A stretch of 64,000 nucleotides of DNA from Promethearchaeota archaeon (lineage in GTDB: Archaea; Asgardarchaeota; Thorarchaeia; Thorarchaeales; Thorarchaeaceae): positions 32,001-96,000 of the forward strand of contig JBHLPF010000001.1 in assembly GCA_048939765.1 (NCBI GenBank), given 5' to 3'. Positions within the stretch are counted from its first letter, which is position 1. Every line of letters begins with the position of its first letter. Positions 27,977-37,043 of the stretch are shown one piece after another. The position numbers were made by a program, and so were the translations under genes. The notes under the pieces are model-generated. The model ran no database searches. It was not told where the DNA came from and was given only the letters and a program-made list of their open reading frames with translations.

Positions 27977-30061
27977 CTAGGTCCCAGAGGATCTAGAAAG
28001 TCGTATAGTACCTTCTCCTTTAGGCCTGTATACATCACCAGCTTGTTCGAGCCGTTTTATGACATCTTCGGCCTTGTCTCGAGGTATACCCTTTATCTCT
28101 AATCTCTGTAACAGCTCGACTTCGCTACTTACACCCTCATCCATCATAACTCTGAGTGTGTCTATAATCGCAATTCTGATATTTCTCCTACCTGAAGGCT
28201 CCTCTGCATATATACGGTCTGCATCAAATTCTCCAGTATCAATGTCGTAGAACACCTTTTCCATTGATGCTTTCATAAGGTCGACAGCCGCTAACCCGTC
28301 CTCTCTGCTGACCTCACGCTTCAGTGCCATTCTTGCTCGAGCTTCTGCAAGACGTACTAGGGACTCCAGCTGTCGGGCTGTAATCGGTATGGGGGCATCT
28401 TCTTCTTGGGCCTTTTTTCGGAGACCTACATAGAAGTCCTGTATTGCTTCTGCGGCCGCGGGGGTCAGTTTAGGCTCAAACTCACGATGCGCAAATGCAA
28501 TATACTTCTTCAAGAGCTTCTTCGGGATCGGAGCTTTCTCATCTTTTACCTTCCTCGATTTCCCCTGGTGCAAGTCTAGAATGAATCCTGCTAGGTCTTT
28601 ATCGCGCTCCTCTTCTGGAGTGTCAATCATGACCCAGATTAAATCAAATCTGGACAAGATTGTAAAGGGTAGTTTGATGTTTTCTTGTGGAGTCCATGAT
28701 ATGTTGTATCGGCCAAGGGAAGGATTCGCCGCAGCTAGAATTGAGGTGCGTGCATTCAGTGTCGCAACTATGCCGGCCTTTGCTATGCTCACAGTATGTT
28801 GTTCCATTGCTTCGTGTATTGCTGTTCGATCATTCGGATCCATTTTGTCAAACTCATCTATGCATGCAATTCCCTTGTCTGCCAGAACCAATGCTCCAGC
28901 TTCAAGTGTCATAGCTCCACTGTCAGTGTCATGAACAACAGCTGCTGTCAGACCTGCAGCAGTGGTACCCTTTCCTGATGTGTATAGGGCTCTGGAGCCA
29001 AGATCTGCCACATATTTCAAGATCTGACTTTTTCCTGTCCCAGGATCACCGACCAGTAGAATGTTGGACCGTCCCCTTAGCCGAATTCCTTCTTCTTCGA
29101 ATGTCTTTTCAACTCCACCGAATAGAAGAAGCGAGATTGATTCCTTTATGTCGTCATGCCCTTGGATTGCAGGTGCAATTGATCTGTAAATCTTCTCATG
29201 AACATATGGATTCTCAGACAGTTTGAGTATCTCTTCCCTATCTTCGGGAGAAATATCAAGCTCATATTCCTTCTCTGCAACTTCTACCCCACTGGCATCG
29301 ATAAACACTCTAAAGGTGGCTAGCTTTCCACCCCTCCTCGAGAAGTCAGGTGCTGTCTGTAGCATTCCTGTCACATTGACCATGTCACCAGGTCTCGAGA
29401 TGTCTACGATGTCACCCTTGAGGACTGCATCGACGGACCGCGGCATTTGTCCTGGAGGAAGCTCCTCAGGTGATTCCTGTATTCGAACCTTCTGCCAGTC
29501 TATGAACCGTGATTTTCCTTTCGCAAGTAACAATTTCATAGGGGTCTTTTTCCCACAGGTATTGCAAAACGGGGGTTCAGTGTAGCGACCTTCCTCTTGT
29601 TCTTGAGGAGTTTCGTCACCACAGATTCTGCATTTGAATGTGGCACTGACCAATAATGGCTTGACTTCACTTGCACGCATCATGATGCCCTTGATACGGA
29701 TTAGCTTCCCGATGTGACGTGCCCGTATGTATCTAAGAGGAACAGTATCGGTATAGTTGATAATACGGACCTGTAATGCGTCATGTCCAATCGCCTCAAC
29801 ATACTTGGGATCTTCGATTTTGAGGATAGTAACCAGTGCATTGTGGGCATTCTTAAGAAATGACTCAGGATCTTCTGTAGCGTCTGCCGTGAATTCATTA
29901 TCAAAGCTGATAAGATCTTCAAAGTCTATGACTAATGAAGTTTCACCGTCAACAGACATCTCTTGTACTCTAGACCAATAGATTGGTTTGCCATTTTCGT
30001 CTTTGAAGGTACGAATGAACTCCTCGAACCTTCTTTCTTCAGTTTCCATTTCTGTTGTCAT
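27977..30061 (-). CDS. mcm: MCM replicative helicase
   Basis: C4 zinc finger, GDPGTGKSQ, IDEFDKM, SRFD, TARQLESLVRL; no intein. Confidence 0.97.
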   Translation of the reverse strand: MTTEMETEERRFEEFIRTFKDENGKPIYWSRVQEMSVDGETSLVIDFEDLISFDNEFTADATEDPESFLKNAHNALVTILKIEDPKYVEAIGHDALQVRIINYTDTVPLRYIRARHIGKLIRIKGIMMRASEVKPLLVSATFKCRICGDETPQEQEEGRYTEPPFCNTCGKKTPMKLLLAKGKSRFIDWQKVRIQESPEELPPGQMPRSVDAVLKGDIVDISRPGDMVNVTGMLQTAPDFSRRGGKLATFRVFIDASGVEVAEKEYELDISPEDREEILKLSENPYVHEKIYRSIAPAIQGHDDIKESISLLLFGGVEKTFEEEGIRLRGRSNILLVGDPGTGKSQILKYVADLGSRALYTSGKGTTAAGLTAAVVHDTDSGAMTLEAGALVLADKGIACIDEFDKMDPNDRTAIHEAMEQHTVSIAKAGIVATLNARTSILAAANPSLGRYNISWTPQENIKLPFTILSRFDLIWVMIDTPEEERDKDLAGFILDLHQGKSRKVKDEKAPIPKKLLKKYIAFAHREFEPKLTPAAAEAIQDFYVGLRKKAQEEDAPIPITARQLESLVRLAEARARMALKREVSREDGLAAVDLMKASMEKVFYDIDTGEFDADRIYAEEPSGRRNIRIAIIDTLRVMMDEGVSSEVELLQRLEIKGIPRDKAEDVIKRLEQAGDVYRPKGEGTIRLSRSSGT

Positions 30062-30199
30062 GATTAGTCAGAACACTCCAGATGTAATCCTAATGATCTC
30101 ACATGACTCTAACACTTTGTCTGTAGGGGTCAGATATTAAAACCCGTTCTCGTTAGTTGTGAGTTTGCTTTTTAACTCTGTCAGAGCTTTCGGAATTCT

Positions 30200-30802
30200 T
30201 CAGACAATGGTCTTCTCTCTCACCATTTCGCGCCAAGCAGAAAGCAGAGAGTAGAGTTCATCTGCAAGCCACCTCTCCTCTCGCGACATCCTCTTACGGT
30301 TATCCTGACTCACACCAGACTCTGGTTTTGCAGCACGTATTATTTTGGACAAACGTGTTTCAGTTAGAATTCTGAGCATTGTGCCCATCTTCTTAATATC
30401 GGCATAACGACGCGGTTCCATTGAAGTCTTGTCGCTTTGTAGCTGGCTCATCTTTCGGATGAGAGCAGAATAAAGCAGTTTGGGCCGTTCATTCTTTTTA
30501 TCATACAGACTATGCAAGTTGGGTAGCTTTCTCTCTTCATTATACAGATTTTGAAATTTCCGAAAGGAATCATAATCATCATCGGTATGCATATCAACAA
30601 AATCGTGTGCAATGAGCTTCTCGATTGCCCAATTGGAAAGTTCCGTTGTATCTTCGGCTTTGAAAGGACCTAGTTTCTCTCCTCCAATCGTAATCTCTGG
30701 TACATCCTCACGAAAGATACACATACGGGTTTCGTTTAGAAACTGCATTGCAAATCGGTCTCTTACAATTTCGGAGTCGTGTTGAGAACTCATTGTACAC
30801 AC
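30200..30802 (-). CDS. GINS subunit, Gins23-like (B-domain first)
   Basis: EDVPEITIGGEKLGPF..LSNW beta domain, then helical RLSKII..EERWL; immediately upstream of mcm. Confidence 0.72.
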   Translation of the reverse strand: MCTMSSQHDSEIVRDRFAMQFLNETRMCIFREDVPEITIGGEKLGPFKAEDTTELSNWAIEKLIAHDFVDMHTDDDYDSFRKFQNLYNEERKLPNLHSLYDKKNERPKLLYSALIRKMSQLQSDKTSMEPRRYADIKKMGTMLRILTETRLSKIIRAAKPESGVSQDNRKRMSREERWLADELYSLLSAWREMVREKTIV

Positions 30803-30989
30803 AATTATCGATTGATTGGCGTACCATAAGAACTTGTTCTAGAGTGCGAATTGCGGTGCTGCTTTTAGTCTAACATGAGTATTATCTAATTGGAGTTGAG
30901 CTTCTATTTCCAATTGGCTGATGCTTCCGGAGAAGCTTTTAAGAACAACAGAAGATTGTCACCGCAGCCTATGACTGGATGGGAACCAT

Positions 30990-31946
30990 ATGGATTTAGA
31001 CCTCTGGACAGAAAAATACCGTCCCCCCACACTCGGGGGAATTATTGGACAGGAATCGATTATTGAGAGTCTAACCAAATTCGTGGAAAACAGGAATGTA
31101 CCACATTGTCTGTTCAGCGGACCTCCAGGTACAAGCAAGACCACCGCTGCAATGGCGATGGCAAGAGATCTCTTTGACGACACTTTTGATCGTAACTTCA
31201 TGGAACTAAATGCAAGTGATGAGAGAGGCATTGATGTCGTCAGGAATCAGATAAAGAACTTCGCCCGGACCATGCCGGCGGGAGATGCTCCCTTCAAGAT
31301 TCTGGTCCTAGATGAGGCGGACCATCTCACTGCTGATGCTCAACATGCATTAAGACGGACGATGGAATCGTATGCAGGCTCATGCAGAATGATATTGATA
31401 TGTAACTATTCGAGCAGAATAATTCCACCAATTCAATCTAGATGTGCGATGTTCAGATTTGCCCGATTAAGTGATGACTCGATGGCTGAGAGAATCAAGT
31501 TCATTGCTAAAAAGGAGAAAGTTTCTGTCAATGTAAGTGGGACCAAAGCAATACTCTATCTCGCAGAGGGAGACATGCGGGCTGCTATCAACCTTCTTCA
31601 GGCATCTGCATCTGCAGGAGAAAAAGTGGATGATACAATAGTCTACTCGATAGCTGGAAGAGCAAACCCCAAAGCGATTAAGGAGATGCTAGACTCCGCT
31701 AATGTGAACTATGAGGACTCTCTGGAGAAACTTAGAGTACTCATCTATCAGCAAGGAGTGTCGCCAGTAGATTTGGCAAGGCAACTGCATAGAGAAGTGC
31801 TAAAGATGGATATGGCTGAGAATCAAAAGATGTTGATTCTTGAGAGGGCTGCAGAAGTTGAATTTCGAATAGGAGAAGGAGCAAGTGGAGAGGTCCAACT
31901 GAGTGCACTATTGGCGCATATAGGATTGGAACGGGGTAAATCATGA
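30990..31946 (+). CDS. rfcS: Replication factor C small subunit
   Basis: WTEKYRP, ELNASDERGIDVVR, DEAD, IQSRC; Walker A reads GPPGTSKT. Confidence 0.95.
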   Translation: MDLDLWTEKYRPPTLGGIIGQESIIESLTKFVENRNVPHCLFSGPPGTSKTTAAMAMARDLFDDTFDRNFMELNASDERGIDVVRNQIKNFARTMPAGDAPFKILVLDEADHLTADAQHALRRTMESYAGSCRMILICNYSSRIIPPIQSRCAMFRFARLSDDSMAERIKFIAKKEKVSVNVSGTKAILYLAEGDMRAAINLLQASASAGEKVDDTIVYSIAGRANPKAIKEMLDSANVNYEDSLEKLRVLIYQQGVSPVDLARQLHREVLKMDMAENQKMLILERAAEVEFRIGEGASGEVQLSALLAHIGLERGKS

Positions 31947-33160
31947 AGAGCAAAAACCTGCCTTGGCCAGAACTCCACCGTCCCACGAGTCTTAAGCAGA
32001 TGGCTGGTAATATCGATGCAATAGGAGAACTGAGAAGGTGGATTCAGTCTTGGATTGATGGGACCCCAGGCAAGAGAGCTGCATTGTTGATTGGCCCTCC
32101 TGGTGTGGGAAAGACAGCTTCTGTTGGCGCACTATCTCATGACTACGACCTAGAACTGGTAGAGTTCAATTCGAGCGATAAACGAAACAAGGGAAGTATA
32201 GAGAACCAGGTGTGGAAAGCGGCGACGCAACAGACACTGGATGGTAGACTTCGTCTTCTCCTCTTAGACGAGGTAGATGGACTCTCCGGGACAAGCGACC
32301 GAGGAGGGGTGGGTGCAATTCTGAAAATCGTCGAAGACACAGTACATCCCATTATAATGACTGCAAATGATCCAAACAGCCCACGCCTGAAGGATTTGTT
32401 TAAGGTCTGCAAGGTGTTCATGTTCGACTCACTTGAAGCAAGTGACATGGTAGCTGTCATCAGAAAGATTGCAGCGGCACATGATTCTGTGTTCTCTGAT
32501 GATGTGCTAGAAGGAATTGTTGATAGGGCTGGAGGCGACCTTCGAGCTGCAATAGCAGATCTTGAAACACTCTCTGTAAGCGGACGCACATCTGATATGG
32601 GACTGCCATCACGCGATGTGCGTCGTGAAGTCAGGGAAACCTTTGGACGACTGTTTATGACTACAGACCCAGAAACAGCCAAACGGGTCGTTTCAGAATT
32701 GGACATGGATTACAATCAACTGCTTCTATGGCTTGAAGAGAATGTACATCTTCATCTTACAGCTCCGGAAGAACTGGACCAGGGTTTTGAATTTCTCTCG
32801 CTTGCTGATTTATCAATTGGACGAATTTGGAGGCGGCAAAACTGGAAATTGCTGGCCTATGTGTATGACTTTCTAGCAATTGGAATTTCCATGAGCAGAA
32901 AGGTGACACCATATAGGAAAGTTGAGTATTCTCAGCCAGCTTGGCCAATGTTGATTTTCCGGGGGAATAGAAAATACGACAAGGAAGCAGACCTTTTCCG
33001 AAAACTCTCTGAAATCGCCTCAATTTCCACAAGGAGAACGGCACCAGCTTATAGGAATGCAATAATGGAGATAGTCAGAAGAAATCCTCGATTGAAAGGA
33101 GTCTTCTCGGAGTGGCTAGAAGTCAAGAAGAGCTTCTTTGATGACAGAAGGCATTGCTGA
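31943..33160 (+). CDS. rfcL: Replication factor C large subunit
   Basis: GPPGVGKT, EFNSSDKR, DEVDG, GDLRAAI. Confidence 0.92.
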   Translation: MKSKNLPWPELHRPTSLKQMAGNIDAIGELRRWIQSWIDGTPGKRAALLIGPPGVGKTASVGALSHDYDLELVEFNSSDKRNKGSIENQVWKAATQQTLDGRLRLLLLDEVDGLSGTSDRGGVGAILKIVEDTVHPIIMTANDPNSPRLKDLFKVCKVFMFDSLEASDMVAVIRKIAAAHDSVFSDDVLEGIVDRAGGDLRAAIADLETLSVSGRTSDMGLPSRDVRREVRETFGRLFMTTDPETAKRVVSELDMDYNQLLLWLEENVHLHLTAPEELDQGFEFLSLADLSIGRIWRRQNWKLLAYVYDFLAIGISMSRKVTPYRKVEYSQPAWPMLIFRGNRKYDKEADLFRKLSEIASISTRRTAPAYRNAIMEIVRRNPRLKGVFSEWLEVKKSFFDDRRHC

Positions 33161-33959
33161 GTGCACTTAGTGTACGTCTGGATCTCTTGAGATAATTCAA
33201 ATGAACTCTCAACTGCTTTCGGACTCTTGAAATTGCATGCTTACTTGTGGTCATGCGAATTGGTATTGCTGTTTCCATGAGAACCAGGCATTCTGATGGA
33301 GCAGGCTCAATACCTCCTGGAATTGAGCTATGACCATTGAGATAATCTGAGAATGTCTGAATGTCCATGGCGCCAGTTCCAATCTGTTCAAGCAGCGATA
33401 CTGTCTTTCTGATTAGCTTCCAAAGGAAGTTAGTGCCAAAGATGTCTAGAATAATGCCGTCATCCGACTTCAGAAGGCTTGCATTGATAATCGTGGCCCT
33501 AGTTGGTCTATCACCATTTGGTTTCGAAAGATGAGAAAAGTCGCGGGTTCCAGATAATAGCTGTATAGCAGTTCTCATCGTTTGTAGTTTCACATCGGGT
33601 GGATTCGTATCGAAATAGTATCTATAATGTTTCATAAGCACGTCATATCGAGGATTGAAATTGGGTGGAGCTATGGCATAGGCCCATAATGCAATATCAG
33701 GTGGAAGGTATCTGTTTACTCTGTCTATGTCAAGCTTCTTTTCCCCGCTTATCATTACGATTTGACCTATACTATGCACTCCTCGATCAGTACGGCCTGA
33801 GAATTGTACCGTCTGAGTAGTGTAGCTGGTTTCGCTCTTGGAGTCCCAATGATTCAACGCACTGATGAGTTCACCCTGTATAGTTTTGAGATTCGGCTGA
33901 AATTGGGACCCATGATAGGCATCCCCAAGATAGAAGAGACGTGCGATATAGGAGTGCAA
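33123..33959 (-). CDS. truA: tRNA pseudouridine synthase TruA
   Basis: GSQFQP, GRTDRGVHS, FLWKLIRK. Confidence 0.9.
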   Translation of the reverse strand: MHSYIARLFYLGDAYHGSQFQPNLKTIQGELISALNHWDSKSETSYTTQTVQFSGRTDRGVHSIGQIVMISGEKKLDIDRVNRYLPPDIALWAYAIAPPNFNPRYDVLMKHYRYYFDTNPPDVKLQTMRTAIQLLSGTRDFSHLSKPNGDRPTRATIINASLLKSDDGIILDIFGTNFLWKLIRKTVSLLEQIGTGAMDIQTFSDYLNGHSSIPGGIEPAPSECLVLMETAIPIRMTTSKHAISRVRKQLRVHLNYLKRSRRTLSALSNAFCHQRSSS

Positions 33960-33975
33960 TTAGCAGACCTCTTAG

Positions 33976-34269
33976 TCATGACTGCCAAAGTCCGAATAGG
34001 TTCCGTAACGCTCGTGCCCGGTGGTCCTCTATCCGATAGCGGTAGATTTTGATTCTCCCAAACATCTTTTCCTCGACTAGTCCTGATTTGATAAGTACCT
34101 CAAGATGCGATTTGGTCGAGCTATGATTCAAGGAAACTCTCCGGCAAAGTTCGGATATATTCAGCTCACTGGAAGTGGCTAGTTCTTTTATTATCTTGAT
34201 TCTCCCTCTCGAAGAGAATAGTTCCTCTATTGGCACTCGAAATCTGTCATCAGTATCAGTAGAAATCAT
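33976..34269 (-). CDS. Winged-helix (ArsR-like) protein
   Basis: LFSSRGRIKII..ELNISEL..HLEVL..GRIKIY. Confidence 0.8.
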   Translation of the reverse strand: MISTDTDDRFRVPIEELFSSRGRIKIIKELATSSELNISELCRRVSLNHSSTKSHLEVLIKSGLVEEKMFGRIKIYRYRIEDHRARALRNLFGLWQS

Positions 34270-34280
34270 GAAACCCCCCT

Positions 34281-35474
34281 TCAGGTGAGTAAGTCGAGTA
34301 GATGTTGTTCCAACATATCAGCTGGTACTTCAGAGAGACCTATCAAGGTTGTCTGACCTCTCTGGCCAGCACCAGAACGTTTTGTGTCCAAAAGCCCATG
34401 CGCATTTAGATCCTGTACCCATTCCCAGATTTGAGTGTGTGCCCTTGGATCTTCGCCGTACTCCTCGCATATTGGACGGTACATCTCTTCGAGCTCACCC
34501 ATTGTGATATATGCGCCTCGATTCATCCTGAGCTGTCTTGCAGCTGCCAGAAGAAGAAGCATATTCTGTCGAGGGAGAGTTGCGAACACCTCCTTCCTCA
34601 ACTCGGGATGTATGTCTGCCTTGGCCTTACGGGCAAAATCAGGAATCACCTTTCGGGAGCCTGTACTATCAGCCTGCTTCCCTGCGCGCCACAGGAGTTC
34701 GATTGCATAACGGGCGTCCCCCCATTCTGAGGCAATGTCGCAGATAATCTGCAGTGTTTCATCCATAACTGCATCCTTCTCGAATGCCATGTCTACTCGC
34801 TCCCTTAGAATATCATATAGTGCATCAGCTGCATATTGGTCAAAACGAAGTATGTTTCTTTGAAGTGTGCTCAATGTGCTTTGATCCAAGATACTCTCAT
34901 CAAGGGGTATCTTTCTCCCCACTCCGATTACAGACAGACGCTGAGGAGCATTCAACCGGTCATCCATCAGCCTAGTCAAATCATAGAGAATGTCAGCGCC
35001 TCGTTGTCTAATGAAATAGTCGAGCTCATCAAGTATCAGTAGAAGGTATCTGTCTTCTTCATCAAGTACTTCGACAACCATCTGAAGAATTTCTTCAGGT
35101 GAATGGCCTCGTCGAGGAAACCTTGGTTTAAACTCCCTCAATATCCGCAGATACACAAGATAGGTGCTCTTGCTCACTCTACAGTTTATGTGCAGTTTGT
35201 GCAGTTGAATGCCACGTCGCGTAGCGGCCTTAACCATTTGATCCGCAAAACGCTTAGTCACAGCTGTCTTTCCAGTGCCTACTGGGCCCTCGATAATGAA
35301 CTTCTGACTCGCGCGACCGGGCGAAGCAATCAGTGTCTTGAAACTCTGGGCCAGCTTCCTCAACTCAGGCTCTCTATGCGGGAGAGTTTCTGGAACATAG
35401 TCGATGGATAGCAATTGCTCCGACTTGAATACACTCCGTCGACTCAGTTCGTCTTCTACATAGTCATGCGTCAT
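34281..35474 (-). CDS. cdc6: Orc1/Cdc6 replication initiator
   Basis: DYVPETLPHRE, GPVGTGKT, LDELD, GDARYAI, C-terminal wHTH. Confidence 0.95.
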   Translation of the reverse strand: MTHDYVEDELSRRSVFKSEQLLSIDYVPETLPHREPELRKLAQSFKTLIASPGRASQKFIIEGPVGTGKTAVTKRFADQMVKAATRRGIQLHKLHINCRVSKSTYLVYLRILREFKPRFPRRGHSPEEILQMVVEVLDEEDRYLLLILDELDYFIRQRGADILYDLTRLMDDRLNAPQRLSVIGVGRKIPLDESILDQSTLSTLQRNILRFDQYAADALYDILRERVDMAFEKDAVMDETLQIICDIASEWGDARYAIELLWRAGKQADSTGSRKVIPDFARKAKADIHPELRKEVFATLPRQNMLLLLAAARQLRMNRGAYITMGELEEMYRPICEEYGEDPRAHTQIWEWVQDLNAHGLLDTKRSGAGQRGQTTLIGLSEVPADMLEQHLLDLLT

Positions 35475-35578
35475 GAGTCATCCCGGTCCGAAATAGAAAC
35501 AAATCAGCAACTTAAAAGAGTTGTGTGAATTGTTCGATTAAATGTATGCGAGGAGTGGGGCTAGCCGAAAGTAATAGT

Positions 35579-35651
35579 GGCGAGCTCGTTACTCAAGATC
35601 CATATCATCGTCGCTCTGGACTCATTGGGGTCATGGCAGTCATCACTCGCC
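35579..35651 (-). ncRNA. Candidate box C/D guide sRNA (D guide complementary to a tRNA-Leu(CAA) anticodon arm)
   Basis: Reverse complement GGCGA-GTGATGA-14nt-ATGA...CGATGA-TATGGATCTTGAGTA-ACGA-GCTCGCC; terminal stem; D and D' boxes non-consensus. Confidence 0.62.
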
Positions 35652-35696
35652 GCTCACAACTTGGTCTACTTGTCCTTAAGTCTGACGAAAAGAATG

Positions 35697-35800
35697 TGCG
35701 GCCGCCGGGATTGTCTCAACACACAGCAGTCGTATGTTGATTCGAACCCGGGTTGGAGGCTTGGGAGGCCTCCGTCCTAACCAAGCTAGACTACGGCCGC
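35697..35800 (-). tRNA. tRNA-Gly(CCC) with 30-nt T-loop intron (about 35711-35740)
   Basis: GCGGCCG/CGGCCGC-A; GAGGC-CT-CCC-AA-GCCTC; TTCGAA[TCAACATAC..GTGTGTTGAGACAA]T; junction ambiguous because AAT is repeated. Confidence 0.88.
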
Positions 35801-35906
35801 TGAAGAGGCCATCCTTATGGTATATGATAAAAGACTATCGGCAAAATGCTCCAAGTCAACGCTTATCAAGGACTTGTGGGACAGCCGCTCCTGAGGATTA
35901 TCCTTC

Positions 35907-37043
35907 ATGGCCGGTCGCGATTCAACAATCAACTTCTGGCAGGGGAATCAGGCATGCGCTGAAGCTGCAATTGCAGCAGGATGCCGGTTTTTCGCTGGCT
36001 ATCCAATCACACCAGCTTCAGAGATAGCAGAAATCATGGCAGAGAATCTTCCAATTGTTGGAGGGACGTATCTCCAAATGGAGGACGAGATTGGTGCGAT
36101 ATCTGCGGTAATAGGTGCCTCATGGGGTGGCACTTTGTCAATGACAGCAACATCTGGCCCTGGCTTCAGTCTCATGCAGGAGAATATAGGATATGCAATT
36201 ATGACTGAGACTCCTTGTGTCATTGTGGATGTCCAACGTGCAGGACCCAGTACTGGGCAGGCGACAAAAGGAGCACAAGGAGATTTCCAGCAATCAAGAT
36301 GGGGTACACATGGTGATGTCGAGAGCATAGTATTATGTCCTAATTCTGCACAGGAAACATTCGAACTCACCTTGCGTGCCTTTCATCTCTCGGAGAAGCT
36401 TAGACATCCAGTGGTAATTCTTTCAGATGAAATTGTGGGACATTCTCGGGAGAAGGTTGTTGCGAACACCAAGGAGGACCTAAGGGTTCAGCGAAGGTAT
36501 GCAGAGCCTGGAATTCCTCCATTTGATGGCTTCAATAAGGATGGTTGGATAGAGATGCCAAGGTTCGGCGAGGGACATAACCTACTAGTCACTGGATCAA
36601 CACATGACAAATATGGCTATCGAAGGACCTCTGATCCCGAAGTACATGACAGACTGATTCGTCGAATCTCAGAGAAAATTCATAATGAACGTGCCTTTCT
36701 CACAGATGTGGTGGTTTCAGGTCAAGAGTCAGCTGAGTGGGGAATTATATCGTATGGGTGCACATCAAGATCGGTAGAGGAGTTGATTGCTAGAAGTTCA
36801 GGTGTCCCTCCTCTGAGATCACTACGATTGAGAACTGCATGGCCATTTCCAGATTCTGAGATAAGAGAGTTCGCCAAATCAGTTGATCGATTGCTGGTGC
36901 CCGAGCTTAGTCTAGGACAGCTCTTCAGAGAGGTTTCAAGAGTAGTTAGCGACTCTGTCGACATGGTTTCACTAACTAAGATTGGCGGAGGATTGATGAT
37001 TGAACCGGATGAAATCGTGGAAAGAATTAGGTCAGAGTCATAG
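35907..37043 (+). CDS. 2-oxoacid:ferredoxin oxidoreductase alpha subunit (KorA-like)
   Basis: FFAGYPITPASE, QMEDE, ATSGPG, QRAGPSTG. Confidence 0.92.
   Translation: MAGRDSTINFWQGNQACAEAAIAAGCRFFAGYPITPASEIAEIMAENLPIVGGTYLQMEDEIGAISAVIGASWGGTLSMTATSGPGFSLMQENIGYAIMTETPCVIVDVQRAGPSTGQATKGAQGDFQQSRWGTHGDVESIVLCPNSAQETFELTLRAFHLSEKLRHPVVILSDEIVGHSREKVVANTKEDLRVQRRYAEPGIPPFDGFNKDGWIEMPRFGEGHNLLVTGSTHDKYGYRRTSDPEVHDRLIRRISEKIHNERAFLTDVVVSGQESAEWGIISYGCTSRSVEELIARSSGVPPLRSLRLRTAWPFPDSEIREFAKSVDRLLVPELSLGQLFREVSRVVSDSVDMVSLTKIGGGLMIEPDEIVERIRSES

Noticed and set aside
35475-35578. Expected origin next to cdc6
   Set aside because: No ORB-like TTCCAnTGGAAA..GGGG and no extended AT-rich element seen.
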